From Acidimicrobiales bacterium (GTDB taxonomy: Bacteria; Actinomycetota; Acidimicrobiia; Acidimicrobiales; Bog-793): a DNA stretch of 64,000 bases. The stretch lies in contig JBOGHW010000036.1 in assembly GCA_050744865.1 (NCBI GenBank), positions 74,785-138,784 of the forward strand. Reading direction: 5' to 3'. The stretch's first letter is position 1, and every line of letters starts with the position of its first letter. Shown piece by piece: positions 10,019-19,035 of this stretch. The notes below the pieces were generated by a model, which saw only the letters and a list, made by a program, of their open reading frames with translations, ran no database searches and was not told the origin of the DNA. Position numbers and translations under genes: made by a program.

Positions 10019-11431
10019 CTTGCTTGCGCAAGACCGATTCCCGGTCACGCACGGACGGCCGCCGATCCCCCGAGTCCAGCTGCGGCGCAGGTCCTCCTCG
10101 GCGGTCGCTGCTTCTTCGACGACAGTTTTGGCGGGGCCAGACTGCACTGGGAACACGCGTTTCGCCTATTTCGCGAATCGGGGGATCTTCGGGCCGCGGC
10201 GCGCACGGCAGCGGATCTGGCTGGACTGCACTGGAGAGTCTGGGGGCACCGCTCGGTCAGCCAGGGCTGGGTCGATCGGGGCCTGCGTCTGGCGGGTCAA
10301 TGTGGCCCGTGTGTCGAGGAGGGCTATCTGGCTCTGGCCGTCCCAGCCTGCGACCGGTCCGACGTGGAGACGGTGGCGCGCGAGGCCGAAGCGGCCCTGT
10401 CGCTGGCGGTGGAGTTCTCCGATCACGTCTTGGAGGTCAGAGCCCTGTCCGAGTGGGGTTTCGCCCTGGTGGCGCAGGGTCACCTGGCAGAAGGGTTCGC
10501 TCGCCTCGACGAGGCGATGGCGGCCGTCACCGGGGGCGAGATCGCCGACGTGAGCCAGGCCGGCAAGTGCTATTGCACCATGCTCTCGGCTTGTGACCGC
10601 TCCGGGGAGGTTCGCCGCGCCGAGGAGTGGACAGCGGTGGTGTCGCAATACGTCGCCGGTTACGAGGGCAAACCGCGGATCGTCGCCACGCATTGCCGTG
10701 GGGTTTACGCGTCGGTGCTCTCTAGAGTCGGCCGTTGGACCGAGGCCGAGAAAGCGATGTTGGAGGCGCTCGCCCCGGAAGCCTCTCAGGCCCTGAACCA
10801 CCGGGCGGAGACCACGGCCCGCCTGGCCGAGTTGTGGCTCTGGCAGGGACGGCTGTCCGAGGTCGAAGCACTGCTGGCTCAATTCGAAGATTGCCTGGAC
10901 TGCTGCGCCCCCTTGGCGCGCCTGCATTTGGCGCGGGTTGAACCGGCGGTGGCGGTGGCGGTGATTCAGCGCGGGCTGGACGAACAGGTCGGCGACCGCG
11001 TCCGCGCCGCGTCACTGCTGGGATTGCTGGTTCAGGCCGGCCTCGCGGCGGCGCAACCGGAGGCCGCTCGTGCGGCGGCCGAAAAGCTTGCCGCGATAGC
11101 CGGCGAGTCGGACGCCCCACTGCTGCGGGTCGACGCGGCGCTGGCCGGAGCGCGGGTGGCTGCGGCAGATGGAGACCTCCCACGCGCCATCGGCCTCCTG
11201 GAAGCGGCCCAGCGGATACTGGACGAAGCCGAGGAGAACCCGCTGGTGGCAGGATTGGTGCACCTGGAGCTGGCGCAGGTTTGCGCGGGCGTCGACCCCG
11301 CCACTGCGGTCAGCGAGGCCAGGGCGGCGCTGGCCGTGTTCGAGCGGCTGGGGGTGGACCGAGAAGCGGATCGGGCGGCCGCACTCTTGCGCAGCCTCGG
11401 CGAGCCGTTCCAGGTCCCTCCACCGAAGTAG
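10019..11431 (+). CDS. TPR/helical-repeat protein with unresolved start, possibly a 5'-truncated regulator remnant
   Basis: The frame is open from 9839 but its first part contains tRNA-Arg on the same strand. After the tRNA no in-frame ATG/GTG/TTG occurs until GTG 10364, although repeat-like sequence (HWEHAFRLFRESGDLRAAARTAADLAGLHW) lies upstream of it. Codon third-position bias supports coding. No NTPase or HTH domain is present. Confidence 0.45.
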   Translation, partial: LACARPIPGHARTAADPPSPAAAQVLLGGRCFFDDSFGGARLHWEHAFRLFRESGDLRAAARTAADLAGLHWRVWGHRSVSQGWVDRGLRLAGQCGPCVEEGYLALAVPACDRSDVETVAREAEAALSLAVEFSDHVLEVRALSEWGFALVAQGHLAEGFARLDEAMAAVTGGEIADVSQAGKCYCTMLSACDRSGEVRRAEEWTAVVSQYVAGYEGKPRIVATHCRGVYASVLSRVGRWTEAEKAMLEALAPEASQALNHRAETTARLAELWLWQGRLSEVEALLAQFEDCLDCCAPLARLHLARVEPAVAVAVIQRGLDEQVGDRVRAASLLGLLVQAGLAAAQPEAARAAAEKLAAIAGESDAPLLRVDAALAGARVAAADGDLPRAIGLLEAAQRILDEAEENPLVAGLVHLELAQVCAGVDPATAVSEARAALAVFERLGVDREADRAAALLRSLGEPFQVPPPK

Positions 11432-11590
11432 ATGAGCTGACGCGACGCAGCGTCCCAGGTCATCATGCTCCATGGACGTCCTCGCCTGGTCCTGGCAGCG
11501 GCTCGTTGAACGCCGCGTCGACCATCTCGACCCGCATCGGCTCCATGACGGTCAAGTAGCCTTGGCCTGTCCAGCTGTCGGGGGTACACC

Positions 11591-12295
11591 GTGGAGCCAT
11601 TGCCGGAGGACTGGGAGCGAGCAGTAGCAGTCGTCGCTCACCCCGACGATCTCGAGTACGGGATGGCCAGTGCCGTGGCCCGCTTCACACGACAGGGCAA
11701 GCAGGTGTCCTACGTCCTGGTCACCAGAGGAGAGGCTGGTATCGACGGCCTGGCTCCCGGGCAGTGCGGACCCTTACGCGAAGAGGAGCAGCGGCGCAGC
11801 GCCGCAGCAGTCGGCGTCGAGCACGTCGAATTCCTCAGCCATCCCGACGGCTCGGTGGAGTACGGGCTGAAGCTGCGTCGGGATGTGGCCGGAGCACTGC
11901 GTCGGCTACGTCCCCAGGTGGTGTTCGGTCAGCACTTCGATCTGACCTGGGATGGAAGCGATGCGGTCAACCACGCCGATCACCGGGCGGTTGGCCTGGC
12001 GACGCTGGATGCCTGCCGCGACGCGGCCAACCGCTGGCTCTTTCCCGAGGCGGGCGAGCCCTGGAGGGGTGTCACCGCCGTCTACATCGCCGGAGGTGAG
12101 ACCACCGCTTCCCATTTTGTCGATGTGAGCGACACCATCGCCTTAGGCGTGGCCTCGCTATCTGAACACCGGGCATACCTCGACGGGCTGGGCAGCGAGT
12201 TCGACCCCGATCAGTTCCTTCGGGAAACGGCCCGGCACGGGGGCACGGCAGCAGGCTGCGAGTACGCCGTCTTGCTGCGGTCGTTCCGCCCATAA
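11591..12295 (+). CDS. PIG-L (LmbE-like) family deacetylase
   Basis: 234-aa ORF with GTG start. Family motif VVAHPDDLEYG near the N-terminus, and a later HADH motif. Confidence 0.85.
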   Translation: MEPLPEDWERAVAVVAHPDDLEYGMASAVARFTRQGKQVSYVLVTRGEAGIDGLAPGQCGPLREEEQRRSAAAVGVEHVEFLSHPDGSVEYGLKLRRDVAGALRRLRPQVVFGQHFDLTWDGSDAVNHADHRAVGLATLDACRDAANRWLFPEAGEPWRGVTAVYIAGGETTASHFVDVSDTIALGVASLSEHRAYLDGLGSEFDPDQFLRETARHGGTAAGCEYAVLLRSFRP

Positions 12296-12408
12296 CTACC
12301 AGCGCACAACGCAGCCAAGGCCGGCAGAGGACCACCTATGCGCGGTCCACTGGAGTGACAGCGAAGTGGTGGAAGGGGCGTGCTGTTGCCTCGGCGAGCG
12401 TCAGTCCC

Positions 12409-13077
12409 TCAGCGCACGGTGGCTGTGGACCTGACCACTTTGTCGTGAAGGGTCTGGTTGCGGGGGTCCCAGATTGGCCAGAGCACCGACAGCAGCGCCA
12501 GGAACGGCACCACGGACATCGCCAGGAACACGACGCTCCGTACTGCCGCTCGGGCCAGGCCGATCGGGTACTGGTGGGTGTCGACGTCGGCGATCCCGAT
12601 CTGGAGGAGCCTCATCCCTACTGTCTGGCCGGATCCGGACCCGATCAGCAGCGTGAGGTAGGCGATGTTGAACACTACGGCCACGACAAAACCGGCCCTT
12701 CGGAACGCAAGGACGAAGGCGATGCCGGCTACGAAGAAGATCACCGAGTCGACGATCGAGGCGAACATCCGCGACAACCAACCGGCGAGCTCGTACCTCG
12801 ACGCCTGGCGCTGCTGGCTGTAAGGGGCACCGGCCATAGGCGGTGGGTAGCTCGCCGGATAACCCGACGGTGGGTAGCCGGGCGGTGGTGAGCCCGGAGG
12901 TGGCGGCGCCGATGGATACTGCGGGAAGTAGTCGGGCGGGGGTCGCGTGGGCGGAGGGTACGCCTGGGCGGGCGTCGGGTAGGGCGGAGGTGCGCCACCA
13001 GCCGTCGGGTCTCCCGCTGGCGGCGGCGTAGACGGCTGTCCCTGGCCCGAATACCCGGTCTCCTCCCAATCCGGCAC
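12409..13077 (-). CDS. RDD family membrane protein with Pro-rich N-terminal region
   Basis: 222-aa ORF. The N-terminal ~90 aa are P/Y/G-rich. They are followed by TM helices and the terminal signature WDPRNQTLHDKVVRS typical of RDD domains. Confidence 0.8.
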   Translation of the reverse strand: MPDWEETGYSGQGQPSTPPPAGDPTAGGAPPPYPTPAQAYPPPTRPPPDYFPQYPSAPPPPGSPPPGYPPSGYPASYPPPMAGAPYSQQRQASRYELAGWLSRMFASIVDSVIFFVAGIAFVLAFRRAGFVVAVVFNIAYLTLLIGSGSGQTVGMRLLQIGIADVDTHQYPIGLARAAVRSVVFLAMSVVPFLALLSVLWPIWDPRNQTLHDKVVRSTATVR

Positions 13078-13215
13078 GGCCGCTCCCCTCGCGTCTCGTC
13101 ATGCTGGCTAGCGGAGTCGTAGCCTAGACGGGCAGCTGAGTCGGCGCCGATGGCGACCGGCATCGGCCGGCGCGCCATAATCTGGGCACTACAGGTCCTA
13201 CGACGAGGAGGGCAA

Positions 13216-13566
13216 GTGGCAGAGCTGCAACTGGACGGCGACGAGCTGGTGCTGCACCTGTCAGGAGCCGAGAAGCTCGAGGCGGTCCACGGCGACCTTC
13301 GGGCACCGCTGTCCGCGATGCTCGGCGCCGAAGTGGTCGACGACGCCCACGAGGCGGCGGACCACGGCTTCAAAGTCGGGACGCGCGTCCCCGGAGTGGC
13401 CGAGGTAGCCACCGTGCGGACCGAGGGCAAGAAGATCTTCGTTGCAGTCCACCGCGATACGCCGAGGGGCGTGCGGGTCCTGTTCGAAGGGGTGTCCTTC
13501 GACGAGTGGATAGTCGGCTGCGCTGATCCAGAGGCGGTGGTGGCAGGACTGCCGAAGCGGAGCTGA
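13216..13566 (+). CDS. Conserved hypothetical protein next to the XPB locus
   Basis: ORF 13150..13566 trimmed to GTG 13216, which is preceded by GAGGAGGG (13205-13212). No recognisable motif. Its position beside the XPB pair matches the mycobacterial arrangement as I recall it. Confidence 0.6.
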   Translation: MAELQLDGDELVLHLSGAEKLEAVHGDLRAPLSAMLGAEVVDDAHEAADHGFKVGTRVPGVAEVATVRTEGKKIFVAVHRDTPRGVRVLFEGVSFDEWIVGCADPEAVVAGLPKRS

Positions 13567-13586
13567 CGCCTCGGCTTGCCGGCCGC

Positions 13587-15257
13587 TCAGTCGGTCGCGC
13601 GACGAGGCGCCTGCGCCAGAACGTCGGCGGCGTCGACAATGGTGTAGCTGTATCCCTGTTCCGCCAAGAAACGCTGCCTCCGCAAAGCGAACTCCTGGTC
13701 GTTCGTGTCCCGGGAGACGATCGCATAGAAGTGCGCCTGACGGCCGTCGAGCTTGGGCCGCAGTACCCGGCCGAGGCGCTGCGCCTCTTCCTGCCGGCTC
13801 CCGAAAGCGCCTGAGACCTGGATGGCTACGGAGGCCTCGGGCAGGTCTATCGAGAAGTTGGCGACCTTGGAGACCACGAGCACAGGCAGTTCCCCGCTGC
13901 GGAAGGCGGCATAGAGGCGTTCCCGCTCTCGGATGGCTGTCTTGCCGGTCAGCACCGGGGCGCCCAGCCGCTCGCCGAGCACCGCCAGTTGCTCCAAGTA
14001 CTGGCCGATGACGAGGGTCGGCTCGCCCGCCGCTACAGCGCCTCGGCAGAGAGCTTCGACGACGGCGAGCTTGGACAGCGCCGTCGAGCCGAGGCGATAC
14101 CGCTCCTCGGGCTCTCCGAGCGCATAGGCCATCCGCTCGGCGTCCGTAAGCGTCACGCGAACCTCTGTACAGACCGCAGGCGCGATCCAGCCCTGGGCTT
14201 CGACGTCGCGCCATGGCGCATCGAAGCGTTTCGGGCCTATAAGGCTGAAGACGTCCCCTTCGCGCCCGTCCTCGCGCACGAGAGTCGCCGTCAGCCCGAG
14301 GCGGCGGCGGCTCTGGATATCGGCTGCCATGCGGAATACGGGAGCCGGCAACAGGTGCACCTCGTCGTAGACCACGAGCCCCCAGTCCTCGGCAGAGAGC
14401 AGTTCCATGTGGGCGTGCAAGTTGCCGCGCCGCGTGGCGACGATCTGGTAAGTGGCGATCGTGACCGGCCTCATCTCCTTGCGCTCACCGGAGTACTCGC
14501 CGATCTCGTTCTCCGTGAGGGTCGTGCGCGAGAGCAGCTCGGCCCGCCACTGCCTGCTGGCAACAGTGTTGGTGACGAGGATCAGCGTCCGGGCGCCGGT
14601 GCGGATCATCGCCCCGATGCCGACGAGGGTCTTGCCGGCACCGCAAGGCAGCACGATGACGCCGCTGCCGGAGGCGTGGAAGGCTGCTACGGCCTGGCTC
14701 TGGTATGGCCTGAGGTCAAACGCCCCTGGACGGCTCACAATCTCGTGCGCCGTGCCGTCGACATAGCCCGCCCTGTCCTCGGCAGGCCAGCCGAGCTTGA
14801 TCAAAGCCTGCTTCAAGCGACCCCGCTCACCGCGGTAGACCCCCACGGTGTCGGCGTCGATGCGGGGCCCGAGCAACGGTGCGACGGCCTTGGCGCGGAC
14901 TACCTCTTCCAGCACAGCTCTGTCAGAAGCGATGAGGACGAGGCCATGGCGCTCGTCGTTGACCAGCGTGAGGCGGCCGAACCTGTTCATGGTGTCCTGG
15001 ATCTGTGCCAGGAGGGAGTCGGGCAGCGGGAAGCGCGACCACTCCCGGAGCGATTCTGTCACTTGTTGTGCCAGTAGCCCGGAGGCGCGGGCGTTCCAGA
15101 GGCCGAGGGGGGTGATGCGGTATGTGTGGATGTGCTCGGGCGAGCGCTCGAGCTCGGCGAAGGCGGCAATGGCGTTCCTGCATGCTTCTGAGTCAGGGTG
15201 GCCGACCTCGAGCAGGAGCGTCTGGTCGGACTGCACGATGAGCGGCCCGTCGTTCAT
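13587..15257 (-). CDS. XPB/ERCC3-type DNA helicase (superfamily 2)
   Basis: 556-aa ORF. N-terminal damage-recognition-like region (PLIVQSDQTLLLEVGHPD...HTYRITPLGLWNA), Walker A VLPCGAGKT and motif II VVYDEVHLLP. ATGA overlap with the upstream gene. Confidence 0.9.
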   Translation of the reverse strand: MNDGPLIVQSDQTLLLEVGHPDSEACRNAIAAFAELERSPEHIHTYRITPLGLWNARASGLLAQQVTESLREWSRFPLPDSLLAQIQDTMNRFGRLTLVNDERHGLVLIASDRAVLEEVVRAKAVAPLLGPRIDADTVGVYRGERGRLKQALIKLGWPAEDRAGYVDGTAHEIVSRPGAFDLRPYQSQAVAAFHASGSGVIVLPCGAGKTLVGIGAMIRTGARTLILVTNTVASRQWRAELLSRTTLTENEIGEYSGERKEMRPVTIATYQIVATRRGNLHAHMELLSAEDWGLVVYDEVHLLPAPVFRMAADIQSRRRLGLTATLVREDGREGDVFSLIGPKRFDAPWRDVEAQGWIAPAVCTEVRVTLTDAERMAYALGEPEERYRLGSTALSKLAVVEALCRGAVAAGEPTLVIGQYLEQLAVLGERLGAPVLTGKTAIRERERLYAAFRSGELPVLVVSKVANFSIDLPEASVAIQVSGAFGSRQEEAQRLGRVLRPKLDGRQAHFYAIVSRDTNDQEFALRRQRFLAEQGYSYTIVDAADVLAQAPRRATD

Positions 15258-17869
15258 AGGAGATCCTCTTCCTCGGACGTGAGTACCCGCACCCAGCTGA
15301 CAGTGGTAATCGGCGAAGCAAGCACGACGATGTCGCCGGAGCTTCGGCCGCCAAAGCCCCCGTCGACGTCGTCGTCAAAGTCGCCATTGGAGTCCCAGTC
15401 GAAGTCCCCGTCGAAGCCCTGGTCGAATTGGGCGACGTCCACGAGGTCGACGAGCTCGTCGTCGAGGCCAGCCACGTAAGCGTTGAGCTCTGTCGTCCCG
15501 CTCCCGAGCGCTAGAGACACCCGAACTACCCAGTCCGCGTCGCAGGCGCGGGTGAGAACGGTGCGGAGCTCCTCTTGTGTCCGGAAGATCTCGGCAGGCC
15601 GCTCCCATGACCCGGCCGAAGCGGCGGACCTTGCCGGGGTTGCCTTGCGCGATGTGGGGGCTGCAACGGCTCTGTCGGCGCTTGCCACCAGGCGCCTGGC
15701 GACCTCGCTCACGCGGTGTGGCTCGATCGCGGCCCCCATGCTCGCACGCGCAGGCTCCTGCCTGGCCCTGGGCCGGCTCGCCCGCTTGACGATCACCGCG
15801 CCGTCCCTCCCCTCTTGGGCGGCCAGATAACCCGCGGCGTGGAGGGTGTCGAGCAACTGGGCGGGGGCCGCATCCGACACCAGCACGGTCGGCGCGATCT
15901 GCCGTGGCGCCAATTTGGCAATCTTCTTGTTGTTGGCCACGTCGGCCAGCAAGGCGGGATCGTCGCTACGCACAAATGACTTCGCCGTCCCGACGCGGAT
16001 CGTGCCGTAACGCCGCGCCACGTCTGCGATGAGGTAAGAGAGTGGTTGCGGCACGGGCGTCTTGGAATGTTGCAGCAGCCACTCGGCGATCTCCTCGGCA
16101 GTAAGACCGCTTTCGAGACCCCGGCGGATCGAGGCTTCGCTGAACCTGTAGAGCGACCCACCTCCGACGGACTCGGTGTCAGCTACCAGGTCGAGTCGCT
16201 CGCGGCACGCCCTGGCTGGTTCCCCAGGCACGAAGGCAGTCAGGTCACCCTGCAGCACCAACTCGGTCGACTCAGGCCCGAAGCGGGCGAGCAGCCAGTC
16301 GCCGGCTGCCTGCCACTGACCCGCCGCCGCCATCCGCCCGAGGTGGCTGAGTGAAAGGTCGAAGGCCAAGCCGAGTGTCCTGGCATCGTCGAGGACATAT
16401 TCGGCCTGCTGGGAACTCGGAAAGCTCAGGTCGTTCATGGATGGTGGGACTGACCATTCGACAGCCCTCACGAGGTCGGACATGTCGGCCGAGCAGCCTT
16501 GGGGAAGGCCGGCGAGACCATCCAGCAACGCCCGCCGGTGACGGGCCGCCGCCCGGGAGCCGAACATGCCCGCCAGTGGAGGGAGCAACTTGCCGGACGA
16601 GTCGACCGACCTGGCGGCCGACGGGCTCTCCGGCGAGTCGAGCCAGGCGGCAGTGAGCTTGGCCCAGCGCTCGGCCGCGGTGAGCACCAACCAGGCGTCG
16701 CAGCCATGGGTAGCCAGCAGCTTCGAGCTGCCGTCGGCGTTCAACTCGAGCGCCACGAGCCCGGCCAGATGGGCGTACTCGATCAACTCAGCGACGTCGT
16801 ACTCGGATCGGCCGACGACATCTGCGAGCCGGCGGACCTCTCGGATCCCGATACCGCCCGCCTTGAGCCCCTGCGCGGGATGGGTGCTGAGGCTCTCGAG
16901 CAGGGCACCCAGCGTGGCGACGATGTCGCCGGCAGCTTCGGATGCCAGGTCGTCCAGCCCTGCAACCTCGGACGCCCGTGTGCCGATCGGAGGAGGGGAC
17001 GGCGTCACGCCGGGGAACAGCTTGCCGTCCCGCAGTGCCAGCGACACCTCTCGGGGCATGCAGCATGAATAGGCAGAGTTGGCAATCACGAGCCCGTGAC
17101 TGGCGAGCCAGCCGACCGGATCGTCCGGGTTCGACCGAGCCGAGCGGTAGAGATCCCAGTGGCTATGCGACACGACTGGGCGTCCCACGGCAAGCGAACG
17201 GGCAAGAGCCGCTGCGCGCGGTGGCGCCGACTTCACGAGACTCCGTACCCGGTCGTGGTCAGCGAGGGCGGCGCCAATCGCGTCCACGAGCGTCTCCCTG
17301 GTGCCCGAGCCTGCCAAGCCGGTGCCCCATGACTTGGCCAGCAGCCTCATGTCGTCCTTGCTTAGGTCCCTCAGGAGGCGGACTGCCGGGGGGCCAAGGC
17401 TGGCCGGGGTGTTGAGCGTGCCGACTGTAGGGTTGAGGCGGATCCAGCCATCCGCCCTCAGCAGCAGAGCACGATCCTCCAGCTTGACCAGCGCCGCCTC
17501 TATCTCGCTGTCCCTTGCGCCGTTGCCGATTAGGTCCTCGAAGCTGGTTCCCGCAAGCCAGGCGACGTCCCCGCTCGCGCGGTCGTTCTTCACCAGGACC
17601 AGCGTTTCGAGCACGCTGACTGCGAAGTGGTCCAGCGATCGGATGCAACTGGTGATATCGGCGACAGACATCAACCTCGCCTGCAAGTCTTCGAAGTGGC
17701 GGGGTGCCGGCTCCATCAGCCCAGGCCGGTAGGTCAGGATGGCGGCAATCTGCTCCACATTCAGCCCGCTCAGCAGCTGGGCGAACGTGGTCCTGTCGTC
17801 AGAGACGTTGGACCACCAGAGCTTCGGATCAGCCTGCGTGCCCAGCACCAACGTCATCTGGGTAGCCAC
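15254..17869 (-). CDS. Helicase-associated protein (partner of actinobacterial XPB)
   Basis: 871-aa ORF whose stop overlaps the XPB start (ATGA at 15254-15257). Acidic D/F/G-rich C-terminal tail. No catalytic motif recognised; the call rests on conserved pairing with XPB. Confidence 0.7.
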   Translation of the reverse strand: MATQMTLVLGTQADPKLWWSNVSDDRTTFAQLLSGLNVEQIAAILTYRPGLMEPAPRHFEDLQARLMSVADITSCIRSLDHFAVSVLETLVLVKNDRASGDVAWLAGTSFEDLIGNGARDSEIEAALVKLEDRALLLRADGWIRLNPTVGTLNTPASLGPPAVRLLRDLSKDDMRLLAKSWGTGLAGSGTRETLVDAIGAALADHDRVRSLVKSAPPRAAALARSLAVGRPVVSHSHWDLYRSARSNPDDPVGWLASHGLVIANSAYSCCMPREVSLALRDGKLFPGVTPSPPPIGTRASEVAGLDDLASEAAGDIVATLGALLESLSTHPAQGLKAGGIGIREVRRLADVVGRSEYDVAELIEYAHLAGLVALELNADGSSKLLATHGCDAWLVLTAAERWAKLTAAWLDSPESPSAARSVDSSGKLLPPLAGMFGSRAAARHRRALLDGLAGLPQGCSADMSDLVRAVEWSVPPSMNDLSFPSSQQAEYVLDDARTLGLAFDLSLSHLGRMAAAGQWQAAGDWLLARFGPESTELVLQGDLTAFVPGEPARACRERLDLVADTESVGGGSLYRFSEASIRRGLESGLTAEEIAEWLLQHSKTPVPQPLSYLIADVARRYGTIRVGTAKSFVRSDDPALLADVANNKKIAKLAPRQIAPTVLVSDAAPAQLLDTLHAAGYLAAQEGRDGAVIVKRASRPRARQEPARASMGAAIEPHRVSEVARRLVASADRAVAAPTSRKATPARSAASAGSWERPAEIFRTQEELRTVLTRACDADWVVRVSLALGSGTTELNAYVAGLDDELVDLVDVAQFDQGFDGDFDWDSNGDFDDDVDGGFGGRSSGDIVVLASPITTVSWVRVLTSEEEDLL

Positions 17870-17992
17870 CGCTCAGCGTCTCCTCACACTCCCGGCTCCC
17901 CTCAAGTGGAGCCCTCGGGCGGATGGTAGCCACGTTTGCCATCGCCTCTCGCGGATGCCCGGTGAGCTGCCGCGAGTCGCCTACGTAGGGGC

Positions 17993-18052
17993 AGGTGGGC
18001 CGTCTCACGCGCCTAACGCGCCCCGAGAAACGTACGTCCGGCGCCCCACCTG
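17993..18052 (+). repeat. Palindromic intergenic repeat, copy A
   Basis: AGGTGGGCCGTCTCACGCGCCTAACGCGCCCCGAGAAACGTACGTCCGGCGCCCCACCTG. Shares its 5' and 3' halves with copies B, C and D. Confidence 0.85.
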
Positions 18053-18105
18053 CCTTCCCACCACCAGCCCACCACCAGCCCACACCAGGAGTACTCTCAC
18101 TACTG

Positions 18106-19035
18106 GTGGCAGCGATCAGCGACTCCGTGGCAAGTGACTTCGAGTCGAGCCACCAGCCAGAGCGGCAACGGTGGTGGGCGAGAGACTCGCTGATCGTCGC
18201 AGCCCTGACCGGCGTGCTCGTACCGCTGGTGATCGTCACTGCATGGATCCCGGTCCGCTCGAGGCTTCCGAACACGGACCTCGCTCTCGTCCTGGTGGGA
18301 GCCATAGGTGCCATCGGCGCGCTCCGTCACCGCGAGGCTGTCGTGCTGGCGGCCGTGTCCGGCGCCCTGTGGTTCGAGTTCTTCGACACGGTCCCTTACG
18401 AGCGCTGGGCCATTGCCCGCAATCCTGACGTCGAGACGACCGTCGTCCTGGCCGTTGTGTCGCTGCTCGGCGGCGAGCTGGTTCTGCGTGCGGGCCGCTA
18501 CCGGCGCGCCTCGCGGGACGACGAGGAGAACCTCACCAACGTCCGCCAGGCTGCGGAGCTTGTCGCCAGCGGCGAGGAGCTGGTGCATGTCATCGCGTCG
18601 GTGGCCGGCCAGCTGGCACGACTCCTCGCTCTGGACAGTTGCGAATTCGAAGCAATGCCTGCCGACCCCGCGCTCCCCCAGGTGAGCAGGCTCGGCATCA
18701 TCGAGGACGTCGCCCCGCTCGGACCGTGCCCACACGTCCGGGCTGACATGGCCGAGATGCCCGTCATAGTGCAGGGCGAGCCGCTCGGTTACTTCGTCCT
18801 CAAGTTCGGGACCACCGGCGTCCCCTCGTGCGAGCGGTTGAGGGTTGGGGTGACGCTCGGTGACCACGTGGGGGCTGCGTTTCTCGCGCAGGCTCCGCCG
18901 CCGCCGCCCAAGGCGCCCGAGCCTCGCCTGAGGGTCGTCAAGCGCAGGTTTGGCGAGCCCGCCGGCGCCGAGTTGAGCGGGAGCGCTCAGGAAACTGCCG
19001 GCTTCTCCTCCCAGCTGGGCAGGATGATCTCGTAG
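18106..19035 (+). CDS. DUF4118-type membrane sensor module plus GAF-like domain, no kinase
   Basis: ORF 17995.. trimmed to GTG 18106 (AGGAG at 18087-18091), because the upstream part is the palindromic repeat. Membrane region LPNTDLALVLVGAIGAIGAL...ALWFEFFDTVPYERW resembles the KdpD DUF4118 module. A soluble C-terminal domain follows, with no HisKA/HATPase. Confidence 0.6.
   Translation: MAAISDSVASDFESSHQPERQRWWARDSLIVAALTGVLVPLVIVTAWIPVRSRLPNTDLALVLVGAIGAIGALRHREAVVLAAVSGALWFEFFDTVPYERWAIARNPDVETTVVLAVVSLLGGELVLRAGRYRRASRDDEENLTNVRQAAELVASGEELVHVIASVAGQLARLLALDSCEFEAMPADPALPQVSRLGIIEDVAPLGPCPHVRADMAEMPVIVQGEPLGYFVLKFGTTGVPSCERLRVGVTLGDHVGAAFLAQAPPPPPKAPEPRLRVVKRRFGEPAGAELSGSAQETAGFSSQLGRMIS

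Noticed and set aside
9827-10156. N-terminal 110-codon extension of the argS ORF
   Set aside because: It reads antisense through tRNA-Arg (the VLYPLSYEG artefact). Conserved ArgS sequence starts at ATG 9826.
11386-11466. Kelch-like peptide fragment (MTWDAASRQLIYFGGGTWNG) in the minus-strand ORF 11032-11589
   Set aside because: The resemblance spans only ~25 aa, it overlaps the 3' end of the TPR frame, and the rest of the ORF has shadow composition. It is likely chance or an unverifiable relic.
9947-11600. Genomic island integrated at tRNA-Arg
   Set aside because: There is no integrase, no visible direct repeat of the tRNA 3' end and no compositional break. Only the start-less TPR frame is odd, and it is reported separately.
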